A stretch of DNA of 64,000 bases from an uncultured delta proteobacterium (GCA_963745035.1 CAVUVW010000015.1:288001-352000), one strand, 5' to 3'. Numbered from the stretch's first letter, positions 9,678 to 19,385 are shown. Translations and numbers: made by a program. Notes: generated by a model not told the origin, from the letters alone.

Positions 9678-11214
9678 ATGCGCTTCAAAGAAGCAACGAT
9701 TGATCGCCGCATGTTTCTGACAAAAAGCGCGGCCTTCGGCCTGGGCCTGTGCGCTCCGCTACCATTCACCGGACAGGCTTCGGCCGCCTCCCGCGACCGC
9801 GTCGTGGTTTTTCAGGGCGTCGGCTTGGATTCGCTCCATCCCTACGCCTACAGCGGCGGCGGCATCAGCGGCATCTGGCAGCACGTCATCGAGCCGCTGA
9901 TCGAGATGGATTTTTCGCGCAACGAGTACGCCGGCGTATTGGCCGAATCGTGGGAGTTTCAAGGTCGCAAATGGATTTTTCGCCTGCGAAAAAACGTGCG
10001 CTTCCACGACGGCTCGCCGTTTACCTCGAAGGATGTGCTGTTCTCGCTCGACCGCATGGTCAACGACAAAAAGAGCCTGCAGGCGTCCAACTTTATAGAA
10101 GTCACCGGCGTCGAGGCGCCGGACGAGCACACCGTGGTGATCTCGACCAAACAACCCAGCGCGGTCCTGCTGGAGCGGTTGAACAACCGTTTTATCGTCA
10201 GCCAGTCGGCGGTCGAGAAGAACAACAACCAGCTCGACAATTATAAAATCGGCACGGGAGCATACAAAATCACGAGCTGGCAAAGAGACGGCCTGTTGGT
10301 GCTGGCACGCAACGACGATTATTGGCGCGCCAAACCGGAGATCAAGGAAGCGATCTTCAAGACCGTAAAGGAAGAGGCGGCGCGCGTCTCCGGCCTGCTC
10401 GCCGGCCAGGCGGATGTCATCAGCAATCTGCCCATCGAAGAGATTCCCCGTGTCGCCAAGCACCCGCGCACGCGCGTGGAAAAAGTTCCCGGCTACCGCA
10501 TGTATTTTTTGGCGATGAACGTCACCCACAAGCCATTCGACAACAAGCTCGTGCGCCAGGCGTTCAACTATTCCATCGACCCGGTCGTGATCCTGAAACA
10601 TATCTATGAAGGCAACGGCTACGTCTTGAACGGCCCGCTGAGCTCCAACATGGTCGGCTACGATCCGGCGATCAAGCGCTACCCGTTCGACCCGAAAAAA
10701 GCCCGCGAGTTGCTCACCCAGGCCGGCTTTCCCAACGGTTTGGAAGTTAAGCTCCACTTGGCCCCCGATCGTCACCTCAAGGGCAAGGAAGTCTGCCAGG
10801 TAATCGCGCGCCAGCTCAACGAGAGCGGCATTAAGGTCGAATTGACGCCCCAGGAGTATCCGATTTACTGGGGCCGGGACGGCGTCAACGGCGGCAAGCT
10901 GCGCTTTCTATTATGCCGGCAGATCAGCTTATGACGCGGACACCTTCTACGATCAGTATTTTCACACCGGCGTCACCAAGCGCACCGGCTACAGCAATCC
11001 CGATCTCGACAAGCTCATCGAGGAAGAACAGCGCACCGGCGATGCGAAAAAGCGCTTGGCGGTCCTGCAGCAGGCGGGGCGGATCATCATGGAGGAGGCG
11101 CCGATCGTGCCGCTCTACACTCTGGCGGAGATTTATGGCGTGGCGCGAAACATCGTCTGGAAGGGCAACCCGAATAACGAGATCATCGTCTCGGATATGA
11201 AGATCAAGGTTTAG
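9678..11214 (+). CDS. Tat-exported ABC substrate-binding protein, family 5 (DppA/OppA/NikA-like); frameshift near 10905
   Basis: DRRMFL twin-arginine signal; LAESWE, FRLRKNVRFHDGSPFT, GTGAY and DNKLVRQA motifs; shifted-frame C-terminus QQAGRIIMEEAPIVPLY. Confidence 0.88.
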
Positions 11215-12709
11215 ATCGGCTAAAGAAATATTCGAGCAGCGCGCGGCCGAAGCGCGACGCGTGAATGCCGTGGGCGGCGAAATCATCGGCAAAGGCATCC
11301 AACGCCCAGCGCGCCGCATCTCGATACCGCGCATCGCCCGAAGCACGCCAAAGTCGTAGTAAAGAAGATTGCGGCCGCGCCGTTTTGATCCAAATCGGTC
11401 AGACGGAAATTTCCGTAAGGCCGATCTCTCCGCCGCTGCAAATCGAAATAACCGCCTGCGGGATTTCTTAGCCGCGCGCTGATGAAATCCGCCAGTTCGC
11501 GCGCGCGCTCGAGATATCGCATCGCCGCCGGCGAAATATGCTTGAACCAGCGCGGTGCCCACTTGCGCTTGATCTTCGAGCAGCCCGGGCACCGGGGTGC
11601 GCCATCGTGATAGTGAAACATCCCTTGCGCCGGGCGTGCGGCAGCAACTCCAAAGAAACTCGAGAACGCTTAACGCCCGCTCGTTGCAATCGGGACGACC
11701 CAAAAGCGTCGCGGCGTCGAGATATGCGCTAACCGCCTGAGCGTTGGCGTCGCTGTAAATGCACTCGTCGATGATGGTAAAAAATTCTTCGGTGGAAGAG
11801 CTTCCGGCGCCTTCGCGGCGCAAAAAATCTTCGCAGCCGAAGAAGATGCCGCGCTGGGAGTCAAAAAGTTTGTTATTCAGATAGTCGATGATCTCTTCGG
11901 CCATATGGGCCGTATTCGGCCCGCCCGGTCAGGCGAAACACTTGGAGACAATTCGGCAGCAGGCCCGCATGCTCGCCCAAAAGCTTTTCGCGATGCGGCT
12001 GGCTCCAATCCGCCCCGCTCGTCGTGCGAAAATAGCCGCCTTCCTTCGCATCGTGAATTTGACCTTCGCGCATACCGTCGAGCGTCCGGCAAGCATGCTC
12101 GAGATATGCGACCTCTCGCGTCGCCTCGTAGAGGGCAAGCAAAAAATCGTTTGCGGCCGGATGAATAAATTTTTGACCCTGCCCATAGCCGCCGTGAATG
12201 CCATCGGCCTGGCCCATGATCGAGCGCGTAATCTCAGTCAAGCATTTCCGCATGGGAGCGCTTGCGCTCTCGCGCCGACGTTGCTGGTCGTTGCAGAAGG
12301 CGCTGCCGTCAGACGCTGTTCGAGGTTTTTCGCCTGATAACTCATGTAGACATTGAGCAACAAGTCCTTGAATTCCTCGACGGCAAGGTAGTTTGTCGCG
12401 GCAAGCAGCTCGCCGCCGGGAGTGAAAAACGCGATGTCGGCCAGCCGTTCAGATTATAGCGCGCGTCGATGTCGGGCCGCGTGGCGTTTTCGACTCGAAG
12501 CGCAATGAAGTAAGCATTCAGCAGACGCCATGTTTTCGCGGTCAGAAAGCGCGCCTTCATCCATGCGCTGGCAATAGCGGCACCAAAACGCCGACAAGAA
12601 AAGCATCACCGGCTTGTCTTGCTCGCGCGCGCGCTTTGAGAGCGTCGTCCTCCCATTCGAACCAGCGGATGAGATGAGCAAGATTTGGATTAGGCGAAAA
12701 CCGCAGCAT
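11204..12709 (-). CDS. DUF255/YyaL (SSP411-like) thioredoxin-domain plus alpha-toroid protein; many frameshifts
   Basis: Fragments IRWFEW...AREQDKPVML..SAFWCRYCQRMD, RPDIDARY..GWPT, IHDAKEGGYFR, HREKLL and GLLEDQA. Confidence 0.75.
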
Positions 12710-12898
12710 GAGTGAATCCGGTACCCTGCATTCTTAATACTCAATATCACCCTTTTGCATCCAGGAAAAACCAGCCCCCACATTTGAACTACAGCAAACT
12801 GCGGCAGGCTCAGAAAAGTAATCGATAACCGGGCCGCTGCCATCTCGAACAAGAGAGAGACTATTCAATACAGCGTGCCGCGCTTCGAACCTCGTGCG

Positions 12899-12928
12899 TT
12901 GACAAGCTTCTCCGCCAAGGCATAAGAT
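12899..12928 (+). promoter_or_regulatory. Putative sigma70 promoter of the grdE/grdB-like pair
   Basis: TTGACA-N18-TAAGAT, ending 38 nt upstream of ATG 12967, with a GGAG RBS in between. Confidence 0.55.
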
Positions 12929-12966
12929 TCCGTACTTGGCGGCGCTTCACGCTTTCGGAGAGAATC

Positions 12967-14248
12967 ATGCAACTGACCTTGGCCAATCATCCGATCACAA
13001 ACATGCGCTTCGGCGCGCCGGCGCGCCTCGAAGGCACCGATCTGGTCGTCGATGCCGACGAGCTGCGCCGTATCGTGCTCGACGACGATGCCGTCGTCAG
13101 CGTCGACTTCGAAATCGTTCGTCCGGGCGAGAGCTGCCGCGCCGGGCCGATCTTCGATGTGATTGAACCGCGAGCCAAGGAGCCCGGCTACGGCGCCGAT
13201 TTCCCCGGCATTTTGGGCGCGCCGCTTACGGCGGGAATGGGCACGACACATGTTCTAAGCGGCGCGGCGGTATCGGTGCTCGCGGAAATCTCCCCGATCT
13301 TACGAGAAGCGCCACCGGGCGCGTTCTCGAAATGAGCGGCGCTCCGGCTGAGGCGAGCGCCGTATTCCGCGCTCACGCACCTGCTCGTGATTCCGCACAC
13401 CAAACCAGATTTGCCGCGCCAAGCGATTGAAAAAGCTTATCGCATCGCCGGCATTCGAGTCGCGGTGCGCTGTCGCGCGACTCGCTCTAAGACCGCGCCG
13501 CGGATCGCGGCACCAGTTCGAGCCGGTCGGGCCGGCGCGGCAAGCCGCGCAGGTCTGCCGCGCGTCGCCTACATCGGACAGATTTTTTCCCGCCAGCGCA
13601 AACCCGCCGTCGACGAGCCGATTCTTTACGGCGCCAATACCGACGGCATGCTGCCGATCATGCTCCATCCCGATGAATGGCTCGACGGCGCCATCGTGCC
13701 GTCGCTGCATTCATGGTTCGGCGGCACGGAAACTTATTTCTATCAGAATCATCCGATCATTCTCGATCTCTATCGGCGCCATCAGGCGCGCGAAATAAAT
13801 TTCGTCGGCACGGTCGCCACCATCGCCGGCTCGGACAATTTCGACCGCGAGCGCCACTGCAAGGCGGCCGCCAATCTGGTGAAATGGAATTTGCAAGCCG
13901 ACGGCGCGGTGCTGTCCAAATACGGCGGCGGCTTGCCCCACGCCGATCTGGCGGAAACTGCGCGTCTGCTCGAAGACATGGGCGATAAAAACGGCGGTGA
14001 TGGTTTCCGACGTGTCGCGCGACCGGCGAGTCGAGTCGGCGCTGCTTTTCAATGTCCCGGAAGTCAACGCCATCGTCTACAACGGCGGCAACGGCACGTA
14101 TTGGGAAGTGCCAAAAGTGGATCGCGTCGTCGCCGCGACCGCGGAATTTACCGAACTGCTGGCCGGCCCAATGAAGATCGACGCGGCCAATATCGTCGGC
14201 GTAACCAACCAGCAAGGCGCATCGAAAATGAGAGCATTGGTGTACTAG
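12967..14248 (+). CDS. Glycine/sarcosine/betaine reductase component B proprotein-like subunit (GrdE/GrdG/GrdI family); frameshifted
   Basis: IVRPGESCR...DVIEPRAK...FPG, LPRVAYI, LPIMLHPDEWLDGAI and YQNHPII..LY..H..EINFVG match the GrdE-type family. Confidence 0.82.
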
Positions 14249-14256
14249 AAGGCCAC

Positions 14257-14323
14257 GAGGCGAAAGGCGTGAGGCGTGAGTGAGGATTCATACTCATGCC
14301 TCGCGCCTCAAGCCTCATGCCTT
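14257..14323. repeat. Inverted heptamer tandem-repeat hairpin (GAGGCGT)n...(CTCRYGC-like)n
   Basis: GAGGCGA AAGGCGT GAGGCGT GAGT ... ACTCATGC CTCGCGC CTCAAGC CTCATGC, between the grdE-like stop and the grdB-like RBS. Confidence 0.7.
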
Positions 14324-14334
14324 GAGGAGCTTCC

Positions 14335-15625
14335 ATGCGAGTCGCACATTACTTGAATCAGTTCTTCGGCGGCGTCGGCGCTGAGGAGCATGCCGGCAAG
14401 GGTTTGGAGATCCACGACGGCGCGGTCGGGCCCGGCCGGCTGCTGGAACAGTTGCTCGGCGGCAGACGCGCGCGTCGCATTGACTTTTGTCTGCGGCGAT
14501 AATTTCGCGGTCGAAAATCAAGATGAGTTGACCGCCGCCGTGCTGGAAAGGCTCCGCGCCGCGAGCATTGATCTGTTCGTCGCCGGTCCATGCTTCGATG
14601 CCGGACGCTACGGCATGGCGGCCGGCGCGCTTTGCCGCGCCGTGCAAAGCGAACTCAAGATTCCCGTAATCACCGCGATGAGCGAAGAAAATCCCGGCGT
14701 CGATCTCCACCGCGACGCGCTCTACATCATCGACTCGGGAACGAATGCGGCAAAAATGCGCGACGTGCTCGGCAAGATGGCCGAGCTCTCGGCCAGAAAC
14801 TTGTCGCCAACGCGCCGATCGGTTTGCCCGGCCGAGGAAGGCTATTTGCGGCGCGGTTGGCTGCGCGATCAACTGGTCGAAAAAACCGCGGCGACCCGGC
14901 TCGTCGACATGCTGCTTGGCGAAAATGAGCGGCGCGCCGTTCGAATCCGAAATGCCGGCCACGTCGTTCGCGCCCGTGCCGATACCGGCGGCGATGCAGG
15001 ATCTATCGAAAGCCAAGGTGATGTTGATCACCGACGGCGGCCTGGTTCCCAAGGGCAATCCGGATCGGATCGAGGGCACCGCCGCGACGCGTTGGGGCGC
15101 TTACAACATCGAAGGCCGCGACGATCTGCGCGGCGAAGAATACGAAGTTTCCCACGGCGGCTACGACACGCGATTTGTTCAGGAAGATCCCGATCGGCTG
15201 GTTCCGCTCGACGCCATGCGCGAGATGGAAAAGAACGGCGTCATCGGTAAGCTCCACGATGAATTCATTTCCACCTGCGGCCGCTCCAATCCGCTGTCGA
15301 ATACGCGCCGGCTCGGCCGGGAGATCGCCGACAAGATCAAGAAGGACGGCGTCGACGCGGTCATCCTTACGTCGACGTGAGGTACCAGCACTCGCAGCGG
15401 CGCTGCGATCACGACCGAGCTGGAGAAGGCGGGCATTCCCGGTCGTGCAAATCACCTCCGCCCTGCCGATTGCCAAAATGGTCGGCTCCAACCGGGTGGT
15501 TCTCGGCGACCGGCATCGTCCACGTGACCGGCGACGCCAAGCTTCCGCCCGCCGACGAAAAGGACCTGCGGCGAAAGTTCGTCCAGCAAGCGCTCGACGC
15601 GCTGCAGTCCGACAAGACACAGTAG
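14335..15625 (+). CDS. Glycine/betaine/sarcosine/D-proline family reductase selenoprotein B (GrdB-like); Sec UGA at 15378-15380, also frameshifted
   Basis: MRVAHYLNQFFGGVG, CGDN, AGRYG, MSEENPG, LITDGGLVPKGNPDRIE, HGGYD, DPDRLVPLD, then VDAVILTST-TGA-GTSTRSGAAITTELEKAGIP continuing in frame. The UGA sits at the family's known Sec position. Confidence 0.88.
15392..15408 (+). promoter_or_regulatory. Putative bacterial SECIS element of the GrdB-like gene
   Basis: Perfect stem TCGCAGC/GCTGCGA with a GGC loop, starting 11 nt after the in-frame UGA. Confidence 0.7.
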
Positions 15626-15783
15626 CCGCTCCTCGTTCTGAACGAGCTTCCCGGGATTGGCGTGAGGCGGGCAACGGGGCTTGCGTCAGCGTCAACCCTT
15701 GATTGCTCGCCTGCAGGTCACGCCGCGCTCTACACAAACGGTGAATTTATCGTTAGAATCTTCTCGGCCTGCAGTTTTTATTT

Positions 15784-16434
15784 ATGGATGCGTCAAAAAC
15801 CAAGTTTCTCTTGCTTGGCCTGGGCGTCGTCGGTCTGGGCATCGTCCTGGGCACCGCCCTTTGGCTCAGAGTCGGGGCGCCGCAGGGACCGTGGGGCCAC
15901 GCTTCGGGCAACTCGGCTGAGAGTCTCGAACAGTATGGCGCGGTGCCCGATTTCGCATTGACGGAAAGAAACGGCAATGCCGTCGGCCTCGACGAGCTGC
16001 GCGGCAAGATTTGGATCGCGGATTTTATCTACACGACCTGCACGGACACCTGCCCATTGCAGACCGCGATGATGGCCAAGCTCCAGCAAGAATATGCCCA
16101 CAAGCCTGAGGTACAGTTCGTTTCGTTTACGGTCGACCCGGAGCGGGACACGCCGGAAGTGCTGACGGCTTACGGCGCCAAACACCAAGCCGACGCCGCG
16201 CGCTGGTATTTCTTGACCGGCCGGCGCGATCGCATCATGCGCTTGATCCAGGATGGGTTTCACCTGGCGGTGGCGGCGCTGCCGGTCGATGCCGCGCCCG
16301 GCGGCATGATCCCGCACAGTCCGCGCTTTGTCTTGGTCGACAAGCAATCCCGCATCCGCGGCTACTATGACAGCCGCGACCTCGAGGCATTCGCGCGCCT
16401 CAAGAACCACATCGATACTTTGTTGAAGGGGTAG
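15784..16434 (+). CDS. SCO1/SenC family copper chaperone
   Basis: N-terminal TM anchor; FIYTTCTDTCP (CxxxC), FTVDPERDTPE and IPHS. Confidence 0.92.
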   Translation: MDASKTKFLLLGLGVVGLGIVLGTALWLRVGAPQGPWGHASGNSAESLEQYGAVPDFALTERNGNAVGLDELRGKIWIADFIYTTCTDTCPLQTAMMAKLQQEYAHKPEVQFVSFTVDPERDTPEVLTAYGAKHQADAARWYFLTGRRDRIMRLIQDGFHLAVAALPVDAAPGGMIPHSPRFVLVDKQSRIRGYYDSRDLEAFARLKNHIDTLLKG

Positions 16435-16440
16435 ATAGAG

Positions 16441-17313
16441 ATGGCCAACGAGAAAAGCAAGAAAGGCAAGCAACCGGCTGCCGCGGGACTCGTGCGCGAG
16501 GGGCCGAACTGGCCGCTGTTTGTGCTGGCGGTTCTCGGCATGGCCTTGTCGGGATATCTCACGTTTTCCGCGTGGCAAGGAGACCGCGCCGCGTTCTGCG
16601 CCGAAGGAGCCGGCTGTGATGTCGTGCTCAGCAGCCGCTGGGCGACGCTCCTAGGCATGCCGACCTCATTCTGGGGTTTTCTAACTTACGCGCTGCTCGG
16701 CGCCGTCGCGTGGAATCGCGATGCCGCCAATCAATGGCGCTGGGCTTGGGTGATTTCCCTGTTCGGTCTGTTTTTCAGTCTGTATTTAACCGGCGTCTCG
16801 TTTTTGTCATTGCAGGCAGCCTGCCCCTACTGCCTGGGTTCGCTCGGGCTGATGACGGCTATTTTTCTTCTGACGACGTTGCAGCGACCGAAGAACTTGC
16901 CGAAGTTTTCCTGGGGACCGTTCCTGGGAAAAAGCGTCGGTGCCGCGGCGCTCGTCATGATCGCGCTGCATCTGCACTACGCCGGCTACCTGGGCAGCGC
17001 TCCCAAACCCGAGGACCCCTGGATTCGCGCCTTGGCGGAGCATCTGTCCAAGACCGACGTGAAGTTTTACGGCGCCTCGTGGTGCCCTCACTGCACCGAG
17101 CAGAAACACCTCTTTGGCAGCTCGGAAAAGCGCATCCCTTATGTCGAATGCAGCCCGGGTGGATCCAAGGGACCCCAGGCGCCGGCTTGCAAGGAGAAAA
17201 ATATTCAGAGCTATCCGACCTGGATCATCAACGGACAGCGCTATACCGGCATCCAGCCGTTGGATGCGCTCGCGCGGTTCAGCAACTTTCAATATCAAGG
17301 AGACAAACGATGA
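16441..17313 (+). CDS. Vitamin K epoxide reductase (VKOR) family protein fused to a thioredoxin-like domain (disulfide-bond formation)
   Basis: C-x5-C..VLSS loop, CPYC in the TM region, then FYGASWCPHC, YVEC, AC..IQSYPTW. Same architecture as cyanobacterial VKOR-Trx. Confidence 0.92.
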   Translation: MANEKSKKGKQPAAAGLVREGPNWPLFVLAVLGMALSGYLTFSAWQGDRAAFCAEGAGCDVVLSSRWATLLGMPTSFWGFLTYALLGAVAWNRDAANQWRWAWVISLFGLFFSLYLTGVSFLSLQAACPYCLGSLGLMTAIFLLTTLQRPKNLPKFSWGPFLGKSVGAAALVMIALHLHYAGYLGSAPKPEDPWIRALAEHLSKTDVKFYGASWCPHCTEQKHLFGSSEKRIPYVECSPGGSKGPQAPACKEKNIQSYPTWIINGQRYTGIQPLDALARFSNFQYQGDKR

Positions 17314-17783
17314 TCGCGCTCCGGATGCAACAAAGCGGTGGCGCCGCTCTCGTGAGCTTGGCGCTGACAATTTTTTCGATCGGACCGGCGCACGCGGATC
17401 CTTCCAAATATCCGGCCTTCGCCCAGCAGTCGCTGCCGCAAGATATCAAGCCGGAATTTATCGGCATCGAGGATCTCGTCAAAGAGATCCAGGCGGGCGC
17501 CAAGCCGGTGATCATCGACGTGCGCACGGTCGAAGAATTTCACGAGGTGCATATTTTGGGCGCGGTTTCCGCCCCGCTCGCGGAGTTCAAGGATTATGTG
17601 AAGAGCATTCCGCGCGATCGCCCGGTCGTGCTCTATTGAGCTTGCCCCCATCACCTGGCCAGTCTGGCCTACGGCATGCTCTACGAAAACGGTTATCGCA
17701 ACATGAAGATCCTCGACGAAGGAATCGTCGGATGGTACCAAAAGCGCTATCCGATGGAAGGGACCAAAACGCCCCGCTCCTGA
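17310..17783 (+). CDS. Exported rhodanese-like selenoprotein with a U-x-C active site; Sec UGA at 17637-17639
   Basis: AAGGAGA RBS and ATGA overlap with VKOR; signal peptide ..GPAHA; IIDVRT.EEF..HILGA; VVLY-TGA-ACPHHLASLAYGMLYENGYRNMKILDEGIVGWYQKRYP completes the rhodanese fold in frame; the second stop lies 3 nt before queC. Confidence 0.85.
17640..17679 (+). promoter_or_regulatory. Putative bacterial SECIS element of the rhodanese gene
   Basis: Apical stem GGCCA/TGGCC (17657-17669) with a GTC loop (G is 23 nt after the UGA); lower stem GCTTGCC/GGCATGC. Confidence 0.6.
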
Positions 17784-17786
17784 GCT

Positions 17787-18483
17787 ATGGCCGCTAAGAA
17801 CGCCGTGATCCTGCTGAGCGGCGGCATCGACTCCGCCACCGCCGCCGCCGTCGCGAAACGGGACGGCTACGATCTGCATGCGTTGACCTTCCACTACGGC
17901 CAGCGCCACGAGCGGGAGATCGAGTGCGCCGGGAAAATTGCCGCATTCTTGGGGGCAAAAACACAAAAGGTCATGCGCTTCGACTTGCGAGCGATCGGCG
18001 GCTCCGCTCTCACCGACGACATCGCGGTGCCCAAGGAACGGAGCGAGGACGAGATCGCGGCCGGCGTGCCGATGACCTACGTGCCGGCGCGCAACACCAT
18101 CTTTCTGTCGTTCGCATTGGCGCTCGCCGAGCGCATCGGCTCCCAGGATATTTTTTTCGGCGCCAACCAATTGGACTACAGCGGCTATCCGGATTGCCGC
18201 GACGAATACATCCGGGCGTTTGAAAAAATGGCGAATCTGGCCACCAAGGCCGGAGTGGAGGGCAAGAGCCGGATGAGCGTTCACGCGCCGCTACTGCAAA
18301 TGACCAAGGCGGAGATCGTCAAGCTCGGTGATTCCCTCGGTCTTGACTTCGGTTTGACCTGGAGCTGCTACGATCCGCGACCGGGCGGGCGGGCGTGCGG
18401 CCAGTGCGACAGCTGCCGGCTCCGGCTGAAGGGCTTCCGCGAAGCCGGCCGCAGTCGATCCGCTCGCCTACGCCGAAGACTGA
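17787..18483 (+). CDS. queC: 7-cyano-7-deazaguanine synthase QueC (indel near 18450 fuses it artefactually to the next gene)
   Basis: LLSGGIDS, YGQRH, TYVPARN, YSGYPDCR and TWSCY...CGQCDSC; the canonical end VDPLAYAED* lies in the shifted frame. Confidence 0.93.
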
Positions 18484-18494
18484 AGTGTTTGTCC

Positions 18495-19385
18495 ATGTTG
18501 TCCACTCCGTTCACCGCCGAATTTCTCAGTCAGCTCGAAGCGCTGCGCTTGCGCACGCGAAAGGAATTTCTCGGCAGCCACCCGGGCAGCTACTCTTCAC
18601 CGCGGCGCGGCACGAGCTTGGAGTTTTCCGACTATCGCCGCTACTCTCCCGGCGACGATCTGCGCTACATCGATTGGGGCATCTACGCGCGCAGCGACCG
18701 GCTGTTCATCAAAGTTTTTCGCCAGGAAGTCGATCTCTTCGCCTACGTCTTCATCGACACCAGCGCGTCGATGGCGTTTCCCTCGCGCGCGGAGAAATTC
18801 TTGCCCGCAAGCCATGTCGCGCTGGCGCTTTCCTACGTGGTCCTGGCCAATCACGATCACGTCAAGCTGCATTTGCTCCAAAACACGAGCAACACCGCGT
18901 CCCAGTTCTATCGCGGCCGGCGGCGCATGCGCGATTGCGTGGAATTTGCCACCTCCGCTGCCCCGGGCGGATCGCTGGATCTGGCGTTCGCGTTGAGCGA
19001 ACATCTCCAGCGGGTGCGCCGGCCCGGCAAGGCCATTCTGATTTCCGATTTCCTGATGCCGGCGGCGTCTTACCAGCAGGGACTCAACCTGCTGCGCGCG
19101 TCGAATCTCGATGTGGTGGCGATTCAGGTGCTGTCGCGCCACGAAGTCGATCCGCCCTTTCCCAACGGCAGCGTGGCGTTGATCGACAGCGAAAGTCAAA
19201 ATGAGATCAAGCATCAGTGGAGCGCGGCGGCGCGGCGCGAATACCAGGCGAGGCTCGCCCATCATAACTTGGAGATTCGCAGTTTCTGCCACCAGAGCGG
19301 CATGCACTATTCGCTCTACGTGACCGATCGCGATCTCGGCGATTTTGTCTTCGCCACCTTGCCGGCCATCGGCCTGTTCAAATAG
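18495..19385 (+). CDS. DUF58 family protein (MoxR-associated, VWA-like)
   Basis: GTSLEFSDYRRYSPGDDLRYIDW..YAR, IDTSASM and LISDF. Confidence 0.9.
   Translation: MLSTPFTAEFLSQLEALRLRTRKEFLGSHPGSYSSPRRGTSLEFSDYRRYSPGDDLRYIDWGIYARSDRLFIKVFRQEVDLFAYVFIDTSASMAFPSRAEKFLPASHVALALSYVVLANHDHVKLHLLQNTSNTASQFYRGRRRMRDCVEFATSAAPGGSLDLAFALSEHLQRVRRPGKAILISDFLMPAASYQQGLNLLRASNLDVVAIQVLSRHEVDPPFPNGSVALIDSESQNEIKHQWSAAARREYQARLAHHNLEIRSFCHQSGMHYSLYVTDRDLGDFVFATLPAIGLFK

Noticed and set aside
9759-10775. Long antisense or alternative-frame ORFs (also 2125-3054, 21467-22711, 30818-31978, 53519-54808)
   Set aside because: They are shadows of well-supported genes in high-GC DNA and have no recognisable motifs.
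17787-18483. queC as a defence-type QueC (QatC/Cap9-like) or DNA-modification gene
   Set aside because: Length and motifs are those of canonical tRNA-pathway QueC, and no dpd, TGT-like, TatD or CBASS genes are adjacent.
17787-19385. Apparent 532-aa QueC-DUF58 fusion
   Set aside because: The canonical QueC end (VDPLAYAED*) is present in the shifted frame with TGA at 18481-18483, and DUF58 has its own ATG at 18495. One extra base near 18450 explains the fusion.
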